Source: a virus
Taxonomy: Duplodnaviria > Caudoviricetes
Reading direction: 5' to 3' (one strand)
DNA length: 25,805 bases
IMG/VR virus record: IMGVR_UViG_3300030376_001368
Coordinates: 1-25,805 of that record
The position numbers and the translations under genes are program-made. Shown here piece after piece: positions 15,627 to 24,899 of the stretch (within the stretch, counting starts at the first letter, position 1; each line of letters opens with the position of its first letter). Below the pieces are notes generated by a model, which worked only from the letters and a program-made list of their open reading frames with translations, had not been told where the DNA came from and made no database searches.

Positions 15627-16625
15627 TTATCGTCTGACAGTCTTATTTTTGATCGCTGCACAGACTTTTGCAGCCGTTTCTCTATTACCGTATTGTTTCA
15701 TCTGATCCTTCATACAATCGTCCCAAGAATACTTTAACATTGCTTTTCTTTTAGCATAGGCAACATATTCTAGCATCTTGTATTTTTTTTTGTATTTACG
15801 TTTTCCTTCTTTAGTATATAATTCTTCTTTCATAGTAGCAGAAGAATGATCTACGCAAGGCATATATAACTTAACTCCGTCAACTGTATGCGCATGACTA
15901 CCAGAACAACCTTTAAACATTTCTGCATAAATTTCTGCTTCTTCTTTATTTCTAAATAATGGTTCTCCGTCTAAACTACCAACAGGGTTTAATTCATTAG
16001 CTAAAATAATATCTTTGATTTTGCCCATCATTACTTCATCAGGGCAATCTTCACAAACTTCGTCAAGTATATCCATTTCTTTTGATGCTTCAATTAATTT
16101 ATCAGTAAAATATCCTTCGATACTAAATCCTCTTACTTCTTTGTTCTTAATCTTTTCCCAAATTTCAGGATTGTTTTCTGCGCTAACTTGAACGAACCAC
16201 GTTCCAACAGGCATATTGTTGAAACCATACATATTAGACTTATCATATTTTTTATTTTCTTTTATCCAAGATTCTACGACAGTTAATCCTTGAACGGGTT
16301 CTTTATGTTCTAAAGTGTGATTATTGTTGTTTAGACTTGACATAAATAGCTTCTGTGCCTGTCTTATTGTTTCCTTAGTAAAGTAAACATCATATTCTTC
16401 GTTAGTTTCTTTATTTAGTCTAGGAATTTTTTTGTCTGGAATTAAAACTGCACCGATTAACTGCTTTTGCTCTTCATCAATTTTTGCAAGTGATAAAAAG
16501 TCATTATTAAAAAATACAAAATTTTCTTCTATTGCAGGGAATTTAACAACAGAAATAGCATCAACGCCAAAATGTTCTGCTGTTTCGTCAATTATTAATT
16601 CTATAAGTTTTTTCTTTTTAGCCAT
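15627..16625 (-). CDS. XkdF-like prohead serine protease with Cys/His-rich C-terminal extension
   Basis: GVDAISVVKFPAIE...GAVLIPDKKIPR...TLEH...VVESWI...PVGTWF...VRGFSIEG. Confidence 0.85.
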   Translation of the reverse strand: MAKKKKLIELIIDETAEHFGVDAISVVKFPAIEENFVFFNNDFLSLAKIDEEQKQLIGAVLIPDKKIPRLNKETNEEYDVYFTKETIRQAQKLFMSSLNNNNHTLEHKEPVQGLTVVESWIKENKKYDKSNMYGFNNMPVGTWFVQVSAENNPEIWEKIKNKEVRGFSIEGYFTDKLIEASKEMDILDEVCEDCPDEVMMGKIKDIILANELNPVGSLDGEPLFRNKEEAEIYAEMFKGCSGSHAHTVDGVKLYMPCVDHSSATMKEELYTKEGKRKYKKKYKMLEYVAYAKRKAMLKYSWDDCMKDQMKQYGNRETAAKVCAAIKNKTVRR

Positions 16626-16632
16626 ATCATCT

Positions 16633-16659
16633 ATAAATATAAAGTTTCTAATTTTGTTT
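16633..16659 (-). promoter_or_regulatory. conserved late-promoter-like motif, copy 2
   Basis: AAACA-N11-TTTATATTTAT, 7 nt before the protease ATG; overlaps the tape-measure stop codon. Confidence 0.75.
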
Positions 16660-18046
16660 ATAATGTAGCTTGTATATCCAATTCTTCTTGCAATGCTTGA
16701 GCATTAGAAATATCGTTTTCTACTACATACGCTTGAACAGGTTGAGATTCGCCTAATGTTGGTCCTGCAATTTCTTCCATATTTGGTAACATATCACCAA
16801 CAACTGCTGGTTGTCCTGCATCAGTATCTATACCAGATGAAGAAACACCACCACCACCTGCACTTGCACCTTCATCACCTGTTGACATTATTTTTCTAAC
16901 ATTAGCAAGACCCATTGCAATAATACCTGCTGCTTGAATTGCGCCAAATATACCACCCTGACCTATTGCTGTTGTTGCGCCTAGATAAGTGTTTCTTATA
17001 GCTGTTCCAACTTGAATTGCTTTCGCTGCCTTGCTTTCTTCACCTAACAATGCTACAACACCAGAAACGGCACTTTGAACAATTGCTTCTTTTTGTTCCT
17101 GTGTCATTTCTTCAATTTTGACTTCTTCTTTTTTTGCTTCCTTTACAACTTTTACTGTCTTTTTTTGGCTATCTTGATATTCCTTTTCTAAAGCATTTAA
17201 GTTAGTTAATTGTTCTGATCTTTGCCCTGTAATTCTTTCTTCCAAATCGGCCATTTCAGTTTTAGCATCAATTAATGCAACTTGTAAGTCTATATTATCT
17301 TTGTTCCTAGATAATTCTAATGCTGCTAAATCTATTTTCTTTTGCGCTAATGCTTGTTCTTTTTCAAATTGTTCATCTAATACTTGACCTAATTTTTCAT
17401 TTGCTGCAATTCGTTCTTCAAATGTTAAACTTGTGTCATCTCTTAATTGTCTTTGCAATTCTGCATCTCTTTGATATGTTAATTGAAGTTGTCTTTGTTG
17501 CGCATCTGCTAATTTAACTTCGTTGCGCATATTATTCATTGCTTTAGCAACTTTAACACTTTCTTTTGCACTCTCTTTTGCGTTTTTTACAAAATCGGAA
17601 AAACTTTCATTGCTACCTACAACAGCTTCTTTAACGCCATTAAATGATTGCGCTGCTAAATCTCCTGCTTCTTTAAATTCTCCTTTTAAAACCTTTCCTA
17701 CGGCTTTTCCTAACAATCCTAAACCCTTAACAACAGATAAAACTGTATTAGTTAATTTTTGAAAAACATCACCAATTACGGCTGTTGCTACATTAACTTT
17801 GTCCATTATTACTTGATTTTCTCCAAGCGCATTTTTAAGGGCAACGAAGCCAGAAACAATAAGACCAATCCCCATTGCTTTGAACGCCAACCCAACGCCT
17901 CTAACTCCAGATTGCATTACAGAAAACCCTGCTTTAGAATCTTTTGCGCCTTTTCCTGTATCTTGAACGCCTTGCTTTAATTCGTCAACTTGCTTTATTG
18001 CGTCTTTAGCATCTACATTTATTTTAACTGTTTTTACCTCCGCCAT
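16658..18046 (-). CDS. tail tape measure protein (short, 462 aa)
   Basis: Ala/Gly-rich hydrophobic segments flanking a long E/K/Q/A coiled coil; C-terminal VQAYVV motif. Confidence 0.75.
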   Translation of the reverse strand: MAEVKTVKINVDAKDAIKQVDELKQGVQDTGKGAKDSKAGFSVMQSGVRGVGLAFKAMGIGLIVSGFVALKNALGENQVIMDKVNVATAVIGDVFQKLTNTVLSVVKGLGLLGKAVGKVLKGEFKEAGDLAAQSFNGVKEAVVGSNESFSDFVKNAKESAKESVKVAKAMNNMRNEVKLADAQQRQLQLTYQRDAELQRQLRDDTSLTFEERIAANEKLGQVLDEQFEKEQALAQKKIDLAALELSRNKDNIDLQVALIDAKTEMADLEERITGQRSEQLTNLNALEKEYQDSQKKTVKVVKEAKKEEVKIEEMTQEQKEAIVQSAVSGVVALLGEESKAAKAIQVGTAIRNTYLGATTAIGQGGIFGAIQAAGIIAMGLANVRKIMSTGDEGASAGGGGVSSSGIDTDAGQPAVVGDMLPNMEEIAGPTLGESQPVQAYVVENDISNAQALQEELDIQATL

Positions 18047-18210
18047 AGTATTCTAATTATTTCTTTAAACATTCTTTTAAAACTTGTATGGTATTCTTGC
18101 ATTCCATAAGCAAAGTCCAATTCTTTGTCTTTGTAATCTACCAATTGCAAATGATCAATACTTGGAATGATTAAGTCTGCTGTTGTTTCTATGTATCTTT
18201 TTAGTTCCAT
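18034..18210 (-). CDS. small hypothetical protein between tail tip and tape measure (58 aa)
   Basis: Hand-translated MELKRYIETTADLIIPSIDHLQLVDYKDKELDFAYGMQEYHTSFKRMFKEIIRILWRR*; overlaps both neighbours. Confidence 0.7.
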   Translation of the reverse strand: MELKRYIETTADLIIPSIDHLQLVDYKDKELDFAYGMQEYHTSFKRMFKEIIRILWRR

Positions 18211-21200
18211 ATTAAAATTTTTCCGTTTTGAAATAGTATATAGTCTGCGTTTTGATATAAAGCATAATTTTCGTCATAAGCTGATGAAAAATAAGGCACT
18301 TCGTTAATATCTAGCTCAACGCTTAATTCCCATATTCTTTTAGTATCTGTTTCGCTGTCATCTAATCCAAATCGCAAAACTTCATTATTCATATCTATAT
18401 ACAAAGAACAACTAAGAGCAATACCACCTTCACGGATTTGAAATTCACTTGATCCACCTGCTACGCCTAATTGCGTTGATCCTGAAACAGTATTTTTGAA
18501 TGCCGTATAATATGCAAACGCTTCTGTTGTTCCTAATGGGTGCGTTGAACTTTTTCCACCAATTACTGTTGCAATTCCTTTAACTCTAATTACACAATTA
18601 GTGTTTTTTGGTATTATTAGTGGCTTGCTGTTTTCTGATCCTTCTGGATAAGCATATCCTCTTGTATTTCCGACTGTATGTCCTGTTAATACAAACTTAT
18701 GAGATTCACCTTTTAACTGCGGAATTGTTTTTCTTTTGCTTTTGTATTTTATGATCATATCATCACCAAAAGAAGGTAAGATATTCCTACTGTATTTGTT
18801 ATTGTCAATTCCCCTTATAAGTGGTTTATTTAATCCACCTAAAGCATCAGATATTACGTTTCGCAATGTTCCCTGTCCTAGTATGCTAGTTAACTGTATG
18901 TTGTCTTGAACTGCTAAAGGCAAACTTCCTGCTAATTGACAAGCTGTGTAAGCTCCTGTATTATATATTACACCCCCTAAACAATCACAACAAGCTGGAT
19001 CAGTATATAACATTGTAGGAAATGTTGGTGAACAATTTGGATTGCCTTCTGGACACCATACATAGTAAGTTCCGTTCCATAGGTTTGACCCCTCAAAGAA
19101 TGCAGGAATATAATTACAGTCTGCGCAATTATTAAGAGCATCAATAACTTTTAATAATTTTACTTTTGTTGATGCGTTTTGTCCGACTTGATAGTTTGAT
19201 ATTTCTAATATCCTGTAATAAGTTTCTTTTATAAAAATCTCATCATTAAATTTAAAGTTAAATATATCGACTTCACTTAAATTTAAATGACATTCCATAA
19301 TTCTAGCATCTGTGCTATATATATTGTCTAAATATGGTTTCCAGTAAAGACCATATAAAGTATTCGCAGACCATGTTCCGTTGTTTTCAGAGTAGTTAAA
19401 TATATCTGATTGAGTGATTGGGGGGTTTGTCCACCAATACAAACTTTTATTTGTTGGACCTAATGTATAAGCATCTGATACAGGCGTTATGTCGTAAGGT
19501 GTGCAAACAGGAAAAGTATTAAAATCAAATGCAGTTATTGCTTGACCGACAACAGGCTGGTAATGTAAATTATAAGTTAAGGAATTATTGTCTGCATCTC
19601 TAACTGTAGTTGCTGTTCCATTATACCAGAATAATTTCGGATTTGTTTCTGCGCTTGTTACAGGTATTTTTTCGCCATCTTCATTTCTATTGTAGCTGTA
19701 TTCATATTGAACAACCATATTGTCAGAATAAGATTCAATTCCTTGATACTGACTAACAAAAACCCTGTTATTAATATATGGACTGAAAATTGGATTATTT
19801 TTCAATTCACCTGTTGCAAATTGGTTATTAGTTACTTCTATATCTACGTGACCATATACATTTATTCTAGGATATTTTTCTTTAAATGATTTGTTTGCAA
19901 TATCCTCATCTTCTAAATCGGTAAAATGAACATTTTTTTTCTGTAATGATGTAGTGTCTTTTAAAATAACTTCTTTTGAAAGATCTAATTTTTTTGTCCA
20001 ATCCTTAATGCTACTATCAGCTAGATAGTCGTTGTAAGGCTCTATAATTAAGTTTGAAGAGTCATCTGGATCAGATAATACAACTAAATTAAATCTTTGA
20101 ATAATATCTTTTAAAAAGTCTTTTTGCGTTATTTCTGGATCAATGCACATAGGCACATTAACTATTCCATCATATAAACCTAAAGAATAATTATCCCAAG
20201 TAACATTAACCCTGCTATGCAACGTATCGCCACCACATTCAAAAGCATTGTCTGCGCCTAATTTTAAAAAACTATTTCCTTGACCTACATAGCTACAATT
20301 TCTTGGTCTCATCATTATTCTGCAAGCATAATTAATAGGCAAATTTGTAATATCTAAAGAGTGATTGTATGCTTGATTAGAAGATCCTATTTGAACTCCA
20401 ATTATTTGATCCCAAACCTGTGATTCTATAGGTGAATTTGTAGTTGTATCCCAACCTTCTAAATAAACATCAAATACCATTCCTGTATTCAATCCAACAT
20501 GGGTTATTCTATGTCTTACAAAAATTTCTGTTTGTGTAGGGTGTGTTTTTGTAAAATACATATCTGTTGCATCCCATTGACCTAATAAGTTTTCATTTGG
20601 ACAAACTGTGTCTGCTCTTACAGGCGTTGCAACTAAATCAACAGGATCACCATTAGTTGGAAAATTACCAGAAGGATAAAAACCCCAATCAAACTCATTT
20701 CCTGCATTTAGGTTTCCAGAAAAATCTTCATTGCTACTGTCTATTGTTGGAAGCGTGCTTTCTCCTAAATGGTTTCCTGTAGTCATAAAAACCTTACCAA
20801 AAAATGATCCGTCAATAAAATTAGAAGTATAAGAAAAACCTGCCCTTGCAAAAATAAACTTTATTAATGTTTTTAATTGTATTGCAGGTCTAAATTGTAA
20901 AAAGCTAACCATAAAAGGAAAAGCATCTGTAACTCCATAGTCGGCTATGTTTTGTGTAGTCATATCTAAATACTGCCCACTACCTTGTTCCCAATAAAAC
21001 TCTGGTTGTGTTACTGACAATGGATACATAACTTTTTGCACACCAATTGGCGTATCTCTTAAAGAATTCCCTGATGAATTTACAAATGAACTACTGCTAC
21101 CATTCCAAGAATTTTCTATTTGCGTTTCATTATATTGGTGATTTAGTTCTGCAGAGTATGTTCCGTCATCATTAAGCAAACAATCTCTTAACTTTTTTTC

Positions 21201-21587
21201 TCCGATAATGCTAAAAAGATCAGAAGTATTAGACATTAATACAACTTCATAACATTGCGCTTTTTGGTATACTGCTTTTAATTGCAATGATCCTTCAAAC
21301 TGTGGAACAGTTCCTACATATAATGTTGCATCAAATTTTGTTCTAGTATTAAAAACTAATGTGTCTATGTTTACATTATACCAATTTTGAAAGAATTGGT
21401 GATTGTTGTCTGTGAATGGTAATTTAAAAGTTTGCGAATAACTTCCTTTCCTTGCATCTGGTTCTTTAATATCAGAAAACTGAAAGTTCAAGGAGATATT
21501 TGGTTCTTCTTGTAAATCTAACTGAAACGTGCTATCTGCTGTATCAGATGTTGTATTTGGTCTATATGCTACTAAACGAACTTTCAT
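18201..21587 (-). CDS. large tail tip/baseplate hub protein, probably with receptor-binding domains
   Basis: 1128 aa; N-terminal LDL...FSDIK...YSQTFKLP, central QKDFLKDIIQRFNL...IEPY...DWTKKLD, late LSEVDI.NFKFND.IFIK...YRI pattern. Confidence 0.75.
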   Translation of the reverse strand: MKVRLVAYRPNTTSDTADSTFQLDLQEEPNISLNFQFSDIKEPDARKGSYSQTFKLPFTDNNHQFFQNWYNVNIDTLVFNTRTKFDATLYVGTVPQFEGSLQLKAVYQKAQCYEVVLMSNTSDLFSIIGEKKLRDCLLNDDGTYSAELNHQYNETQIENSWNGSSSSFVNSSGNSLRDTPIGVQKVMYPLSVTQPEFYWEQGSGQYLDMTTQNIADYGVTDAFPFMVSFLQFRPAIQLKTLIKFIFARAGFSYTSNFIDGSFFGKVFMTTGNHLGESTLPTIDSSNEDFSGNLNAGNEFDWGFYPSGNFPTNGDPVDLVATPVRADTVCPNENLLGQWDATDMYFTKTHPTQTEIFVRHRITHVGLNTGMVFDVYLEGWDTTTNSPIESQVWDQIIGVQIGSSNQAYNHSLDITNLPINYACRIMMRPRNCSYVGQGNSFLKLGADNAFECGGDTLHSRVNVTWDNYSLGLYDGIVNVPMCIDPEITQKDFLKDIIQRFNLVVLSDPDDSSNLIIEPYNDYLADSSIKDWTKKLDLSKEVILKDTTSLQKKNVHFTDLEDEDIANKSFKEKYPRINVYGHVDIEVTNNQFATGELKNNPIFSPYINNRVFVSQYQGIESYSDNMVVQYEYSYNRNEDGEKIPVTSAETNPKLFWYNGTATTVRDADNNSLTYNLHYQPVVGQAITAFDFNTFPVCTPYDITPVSDAYTLGPTNKSLYWWTNPPITQSDIFNYSENNGTWSANTLYGLYWKPYLDNIYSTDARIMECHLNLSEVDIFNFKFNDEIFIKETYYRILEISNYQVGQNASTKVKLLKVIDALNNCADCNYIPAFFEGSNLWNGTYYVWCPEGNPNCSPTFPTMLYTDPACCDCLGGVIYNTGAYTACQLAGSLPLAVQDNIQLTSILGQGTLRNVISDALGGLNKPLIRGIDNNKYSRNILPSFGDDMIIKYKSKRKTIPQLKGESHKFVLTGHTVGNTRGYAYPEGSENSKPLIIPKNTNCVIRVKGIATVIGGKSSTHPLGTTEAFAYYTAFKNTVSGSTQLGVAGGSSEFQIREGGIALSCSLYIDMNNEVLRFGLDDSETDTKRIWELSVELDINEVPYFSSAYDENYALYQNADYILFQNGKILIWN

Positions 21588-23101
21588 TAGCTATTGGTGT
21601 TTACGTTGTTTGCGTATTCTATTTGTATTGTATATTTTATTAGCTTATCATTTGCTCTAGTTTTTTTAACAATAGAAGAATCAGTTACCATAACGCCTTG
21701 CGTAAATTCTGTATCTGCATTTTCAACTATATAAACATCTGTTGACATAATTAGCTTTTCCATCAAATATGCTTGGTCTTCTGTCATCCAATCTGTATTT
21801 AATGTTTCCTTTAGAACTGCTGTTACCTCCCTAGTCTTTTTGCCTCTCATAGTATTGTTATAATACCATTTAGAAGCATTAAATCGACCCATTATAGTAT
21901 TGTAGTTATTTCTAGTTACTTCAATTGTCTGTGTAGACTTCATTTTGAAATTAAAATAATCATAGCAACCTACACTATTACGCCACGCTAATCTTCTAAC
22001 TTTAAAACCTTTGCAACTTCCTGATTCTTTTATAAAATAATAATTAGCCGTTGCAGGGTCAGTTTCACCCCCTGAGCCTATTCCTTGAATCTTGTAATAC
22101 GCCCAACCGTCATTAGCTGAATCAGAAGGCTGTGCATTAGCTAATCCTGCTATAGTTTGTCCTTCTAGGTTTCCTGGACCACAACCAAAATATAGCAATT
22201 GATATTTATTTTCCATTGGATCAGTAGGCTCTTCTGCTTCACTATTTGAAGGAATCCAACCACCATAAGTAGAACTGTTAATTGCAGTATCTGTGCTTAA
22301 AACCGATCCACTAGCATCATAAAATTTGATAACAATAAAATCTAAATCGCTTGTAAATTCATCTTGATCATTTAAAAATGCAACAGTATGATAATCGCCT
22401 ACATTTGTTGTGCTATCCCATTGAACGTAATTTATATATCCTGTAACACCATAAGTTGGATCAGTAGTTATTCCAACATCACTTAAAAATCTGTCTGTTC
22501 CACTATTTGCTTGATAAGGTTGAAACGCTGTTCCTTGTATATAACTAGAAGCGTCATCTCTTGCTGTTAATAGGGGCAAAGAAGCAGCCATATAAATCAA
22601 GGTGTCTTCTACATTTAACGTTGTGTCTTCTGAAGGTATTGCATCAACTGCATCACTAGACTGTTGATAACCCTTTACATAGATTCTCTGCATTTGAGTT
22701 TCATCTGTTCTGCTATCTCCGTTAACACTAAAAATCTTATTTGTCATACCTGTATTTGCGCCTAATCTATGTATTGGTTCAAATGGTATTCCTGTTTGAT
22801 TTTGATCTTCTACTGTATTAACTAATTGACTGTTAACGATACTTCTTAAATCAAAAAATGCTCTTGCTCTTTGTGTTGCGCCATTATTATCTGGACCATA
22901 TCCATTTCTTCTTTGTTTTATTTTTGCAATTAATGTTCCTGTAGAACCATCTAATCTAACTTCTAATACTAATCTAAAATAAAATAAACCACTTATATCG
23001 TTATAGTATAGCATATAACCTATCATTGGATTCCAATTGGTTATTACAGGCACTTTGTCTGCCGTGTTTACAGGCTCTTGCTCAAATGTTATAGTAGGCA
23101 T
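21587..23101 (-). CDS. tail protein (distal tail/baseplate-like)
   Basis: 504 aa; C-terminal LAWRNSVGCYDYFNF...LNTDW...LIMSTDVY...KLIKYTIQIE; TAATG-coupled to the tail tip gene. Confidence 0.65.
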   Translation of the reverse strand: MPTITFEQEPVNTADKVPVITNWNPMIGYMLYYNDISGLFYFRLVLEVRLDGSTGTLIAKIKQRRNGYGPDNNGATQRARAFFDLRSIVNSQLVNTVEDQNQTGIPFEPIHRLGANTGMTNKIFSVNGDSRTDETQMQRIYVKGYQQSSDAVDAIPSEDTTLNVEDTLIYMAASLPLLTARDDASSYIQGTAFQPYQANSGTDRFLSDVGITTDPTYGVTGYINYVQWDSTTNVGDYHTVAFLNDQDEFTSDLDFIVIKFYDASGSVLSTDTAINSSTYGGWIPSNSEAEEPTDPMENKYQLLYFGCGPGNLEGQTIAGLANAQPSDSANDGWAYYKIQGIGSGGETDPATANYYFIKESGSCKGFKVRRLAWRNSVGCYDYFNFKMKSTQTIEVTRNNYNTIMGRFNASKWYYNNTMRGKKTREVTAVLKETLNTDWMTEDQAYLMEKLIMSTDVYIVENADTEFTQGVMVTDSSIVKKTRANDKLIKYTIQIEYANNVNTNS

Positions 23102-23104
23102 AAT

Positions 23105-23644
23105 TTATTTTTTTATTGTTTTATCTATTGCTAATTCTAAGTCATCAGCAAATGCTTTGACTATTTCTTCTGATTCTTTATTTAATTGTTGCGTAAATGG
23201 TTTACTAAAAAACTGTGTTCTTTCTAATCCTCTTTGATATATTGATCTTTGAATTAAAAATGCTAAACTTTTTCTTGAAATAAACTTTCCGTTTTTTCTA
23301 GCTGCCTTTAATGGCTTTCTAACAATCCACCTATCAATTGCACCTCTTGGGGGCATCTTAGTTGAAAACTTGAAAGGACTTCCTTGTCCTCGCATTTTTC
23401 CACTACCTTTGAATCCTCCTGCACCCTTAACTCCTTCATCTACAAATTTCCAATAATCTTCTGCACCCCCAAATTCAAATTCTAAAGTAACAGAAGAATC
23501 TGATGCTGTTACTAAATAGTCAAAATCATTGTATAATGTATTTCCACTTGTTTGCTTTTTTTTCTTTTTTAGAATAGACCTTCCTTCCTTGACTACATTT
23601 GCGCCAAGTTTTTGCATTGCTTGTATGGTGTTTTTAAACTGCAT
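23105..23644 (-). CDS. neck/tail-completion protein (HK97 gp10-like, basic)
   Basis: SGNTLY...DYWKFVDEGVKG...MPP..AI..WI...LIQRSIYQRGL...FF. Confidence 0.65.
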   Translation of the reverse strand: MQFKNTIQAMQKLGANVVKEGRSILKKKKKQTSGNTLYNDFDYLVTASDSSVTLEFEFGGAEDYWKFVDEGVKGAGGFKGSGKMRGQGSPFKFSTKMPPRGAIDRWIVRKPLKAARKNGKFISRKSLAFLIQRSIYQRGLERTQFFSKPFTQQLNKESEEIVKAFADDLELAIDKTIKK

Positions 23645-24135
23645 TAGCTATTAGGTGAAATTGGAACAAGACAAAGATCATTAGTATTAGGAACTTGCAC
23701 ACTTATGTTTGCAGCCCAACCTGTCAAAGTATTATCAAACCTTGCTGTAAATGGTTCTGCGTTAATAGGAAGGCTTAAAACAACGTCATTGTCAACCCAA
23801 GAAGTAGAATAAAGATTTTGGTGGAATTCATTTATTACGTCTTGTATTATATTTAATGTCTGTGAATAAGTGTTAACACGACTAACTCTTTGGTTATTTG
23901 GTTCATCTCCTAATTGGTCGCTTACCATATCCATAACATAAATAGAAAAGTTATAAGTTAAAACGCCCTTGTCTACAACTACTGTTCCTGGTTCAGCATA
24001 TAAAATAATATAATCAGTCGCACCGAGTTTATTTAAATCTACTTCATCTAATTGTCCAGAATGGAAGCTGTTAATTTGAAAATGTTTTTCAGCAATGGTT
24101 TCTAAATATCCGACTACATTTCTAAATGTTATCAT
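23644..24135 (-). CDS. tail terminator-like protein
   Basis: Acidic 163-aa alpha/beta protein (H.QINSF..G...EPF..RFDN.LTGW) next to the neck gene. Confidence 0.6.
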   Translation of the reverse strand: MITFRNVVGYLETIAEKHFQINSFHSGQLDEVDLNKLGATDYIILYAEPGTVVVDKGVLTYNFSIYVMDMVSDQLGDEPNNQRVSRVNTYSQTLNIIQDVINEFHQNLYSTSWVDNDVVLSLPINAEPFTARFDNTLTGWAANISVQVPNTNDLCLVPISPNS

Positions 24136-24370
24136 AGTTGTTTCTTTGTTTATTATTGTGATCTTGCGTATATGCTAAATAAGTCAATGTTTGCAAAATC
24201 GGTATTCTTGTTATTTTATCAATATCTAAAATGCTATTAGCTAAACTGTATAACACATTATACCAACCCCACTTGCTCTGCATACTTACGCCTTTTGTTG
24301 TTTCATTTCCTGTTTGCTCAAAAAGTTGTGCGAAGTCTTGACTAATTGTTCGCCTAAATTCAAAAAAAAA
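24122..24370 (-). CDS. -1 frame extension of the tail assembly chaperone (gpGT-like)
   Basis: The -1 frame is open from the U9 run: FFFEFRRTISQDFAQLF...KWGWYNVLYSLA...LTYLAY; predicted fusion 248 aa. Confidence 0.7.
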   Translation of the reverse strand, partial: FFFEFRRTISQDFAQLFEQTGNETTKGVSMQSKWGWYNVLYSLANSILDIDKITRIPILQTLTYLAYTQDHNNKQRNNYDNI

Positions 24371-24867
24371 CCTAACGAACTTAACGCTATATCCATTGGA
24401 CAATCCTTAAATAATTCTTCTTTAAATTCATCAGGATTGTAGCTTTCAATAGTGTATCTTTCGTTTCTTTCAAACGTAACTTTTCTATATAGTATTGACA
24501 TTATAATATGTAAATTCTCAATAGGGTTTTTACAATAGGTTTCAAGGTCTATGTATTCTCCTGTCGTTATTCCAGATAAATTAGGAACAAAGCCGTATTT
24601 TTCTTTTTTGAACATAAATGTCTTCCTAAAATTTTCTTTGTCTGGTTCTGTATCAATCATTTTTTTTATTATGCTCATTATTTCTAATAAGTCTTTATAA
24701 GCCATTTTTTTAACTACAAAAGGACTAACATTGCATAACAACGCTAGACTCTTTATAACCTTGTTTTTCTCACTTCCTTTGCCTTCTTGTATTTCTACAT
24801 ATTTTTGATAGGTTTCTATAGTTATGTCTGACCACCTATCTGGAATAGTTAATTTAACTTCTTTCAT
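24286..24867 (-). CDS. tail assembly chaperone (gpG-like)
   Basis: IPDRWSDITIETYQ...YGFVPNLSGITTGEYIDLE...LHIIMSILYR...ALSSLGFF with a slippery site near the 3' end. Confidence 0.7.
   Translation of the reverse strand: MKEVKLTIPDRWSDITIETYQKYVEIQEGKGSEKNKVIKSLALLCNVSPFVVKKMAYKDLLEIMSIIKKMIDTEPDKENFRKTFMFKKEKYGFVPNLSGITTGEYIDLETYCKNPIENLHIIMSILYRKVTFERNERYTIESYNPDEFKEELFKDCPMDIALSSLGFFLNLGEQLVKTSHNFLSKQEMKQQKA
24362..24372 (-). other. programmed -1 ribosomal frameshift site
   Basis: Minus strand GGT TTT TTT TTG contains heptamer U UUU UUU in X XXY YYZ phase. Confidence 0.7.
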
Positions 24868-24872
24868 TACTA

Positions 24873-24899
24873 ATAAATATAAATTGTTGTTATTTGTTT
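24873..24899 (-). promoter_or_regulatory. conserved late-promoter-like motif, copy 1
   Basis: AAACA-N11-TTTATATTTAT, abutting the terminase stop and 5 nt before ATG 24867. Confidence 0.75.

Noticed and set aside
15587-15661. Track's upstream start for the scaffold (also long starts at 1647, 5366, 6087, 7548, 7735 and internal GTG 25745 for terL)
   Set aside because: These extensions cross promoter motifs or neighbouring genes; downstream ATGs fit coupling better, and terL is open to the window edge.
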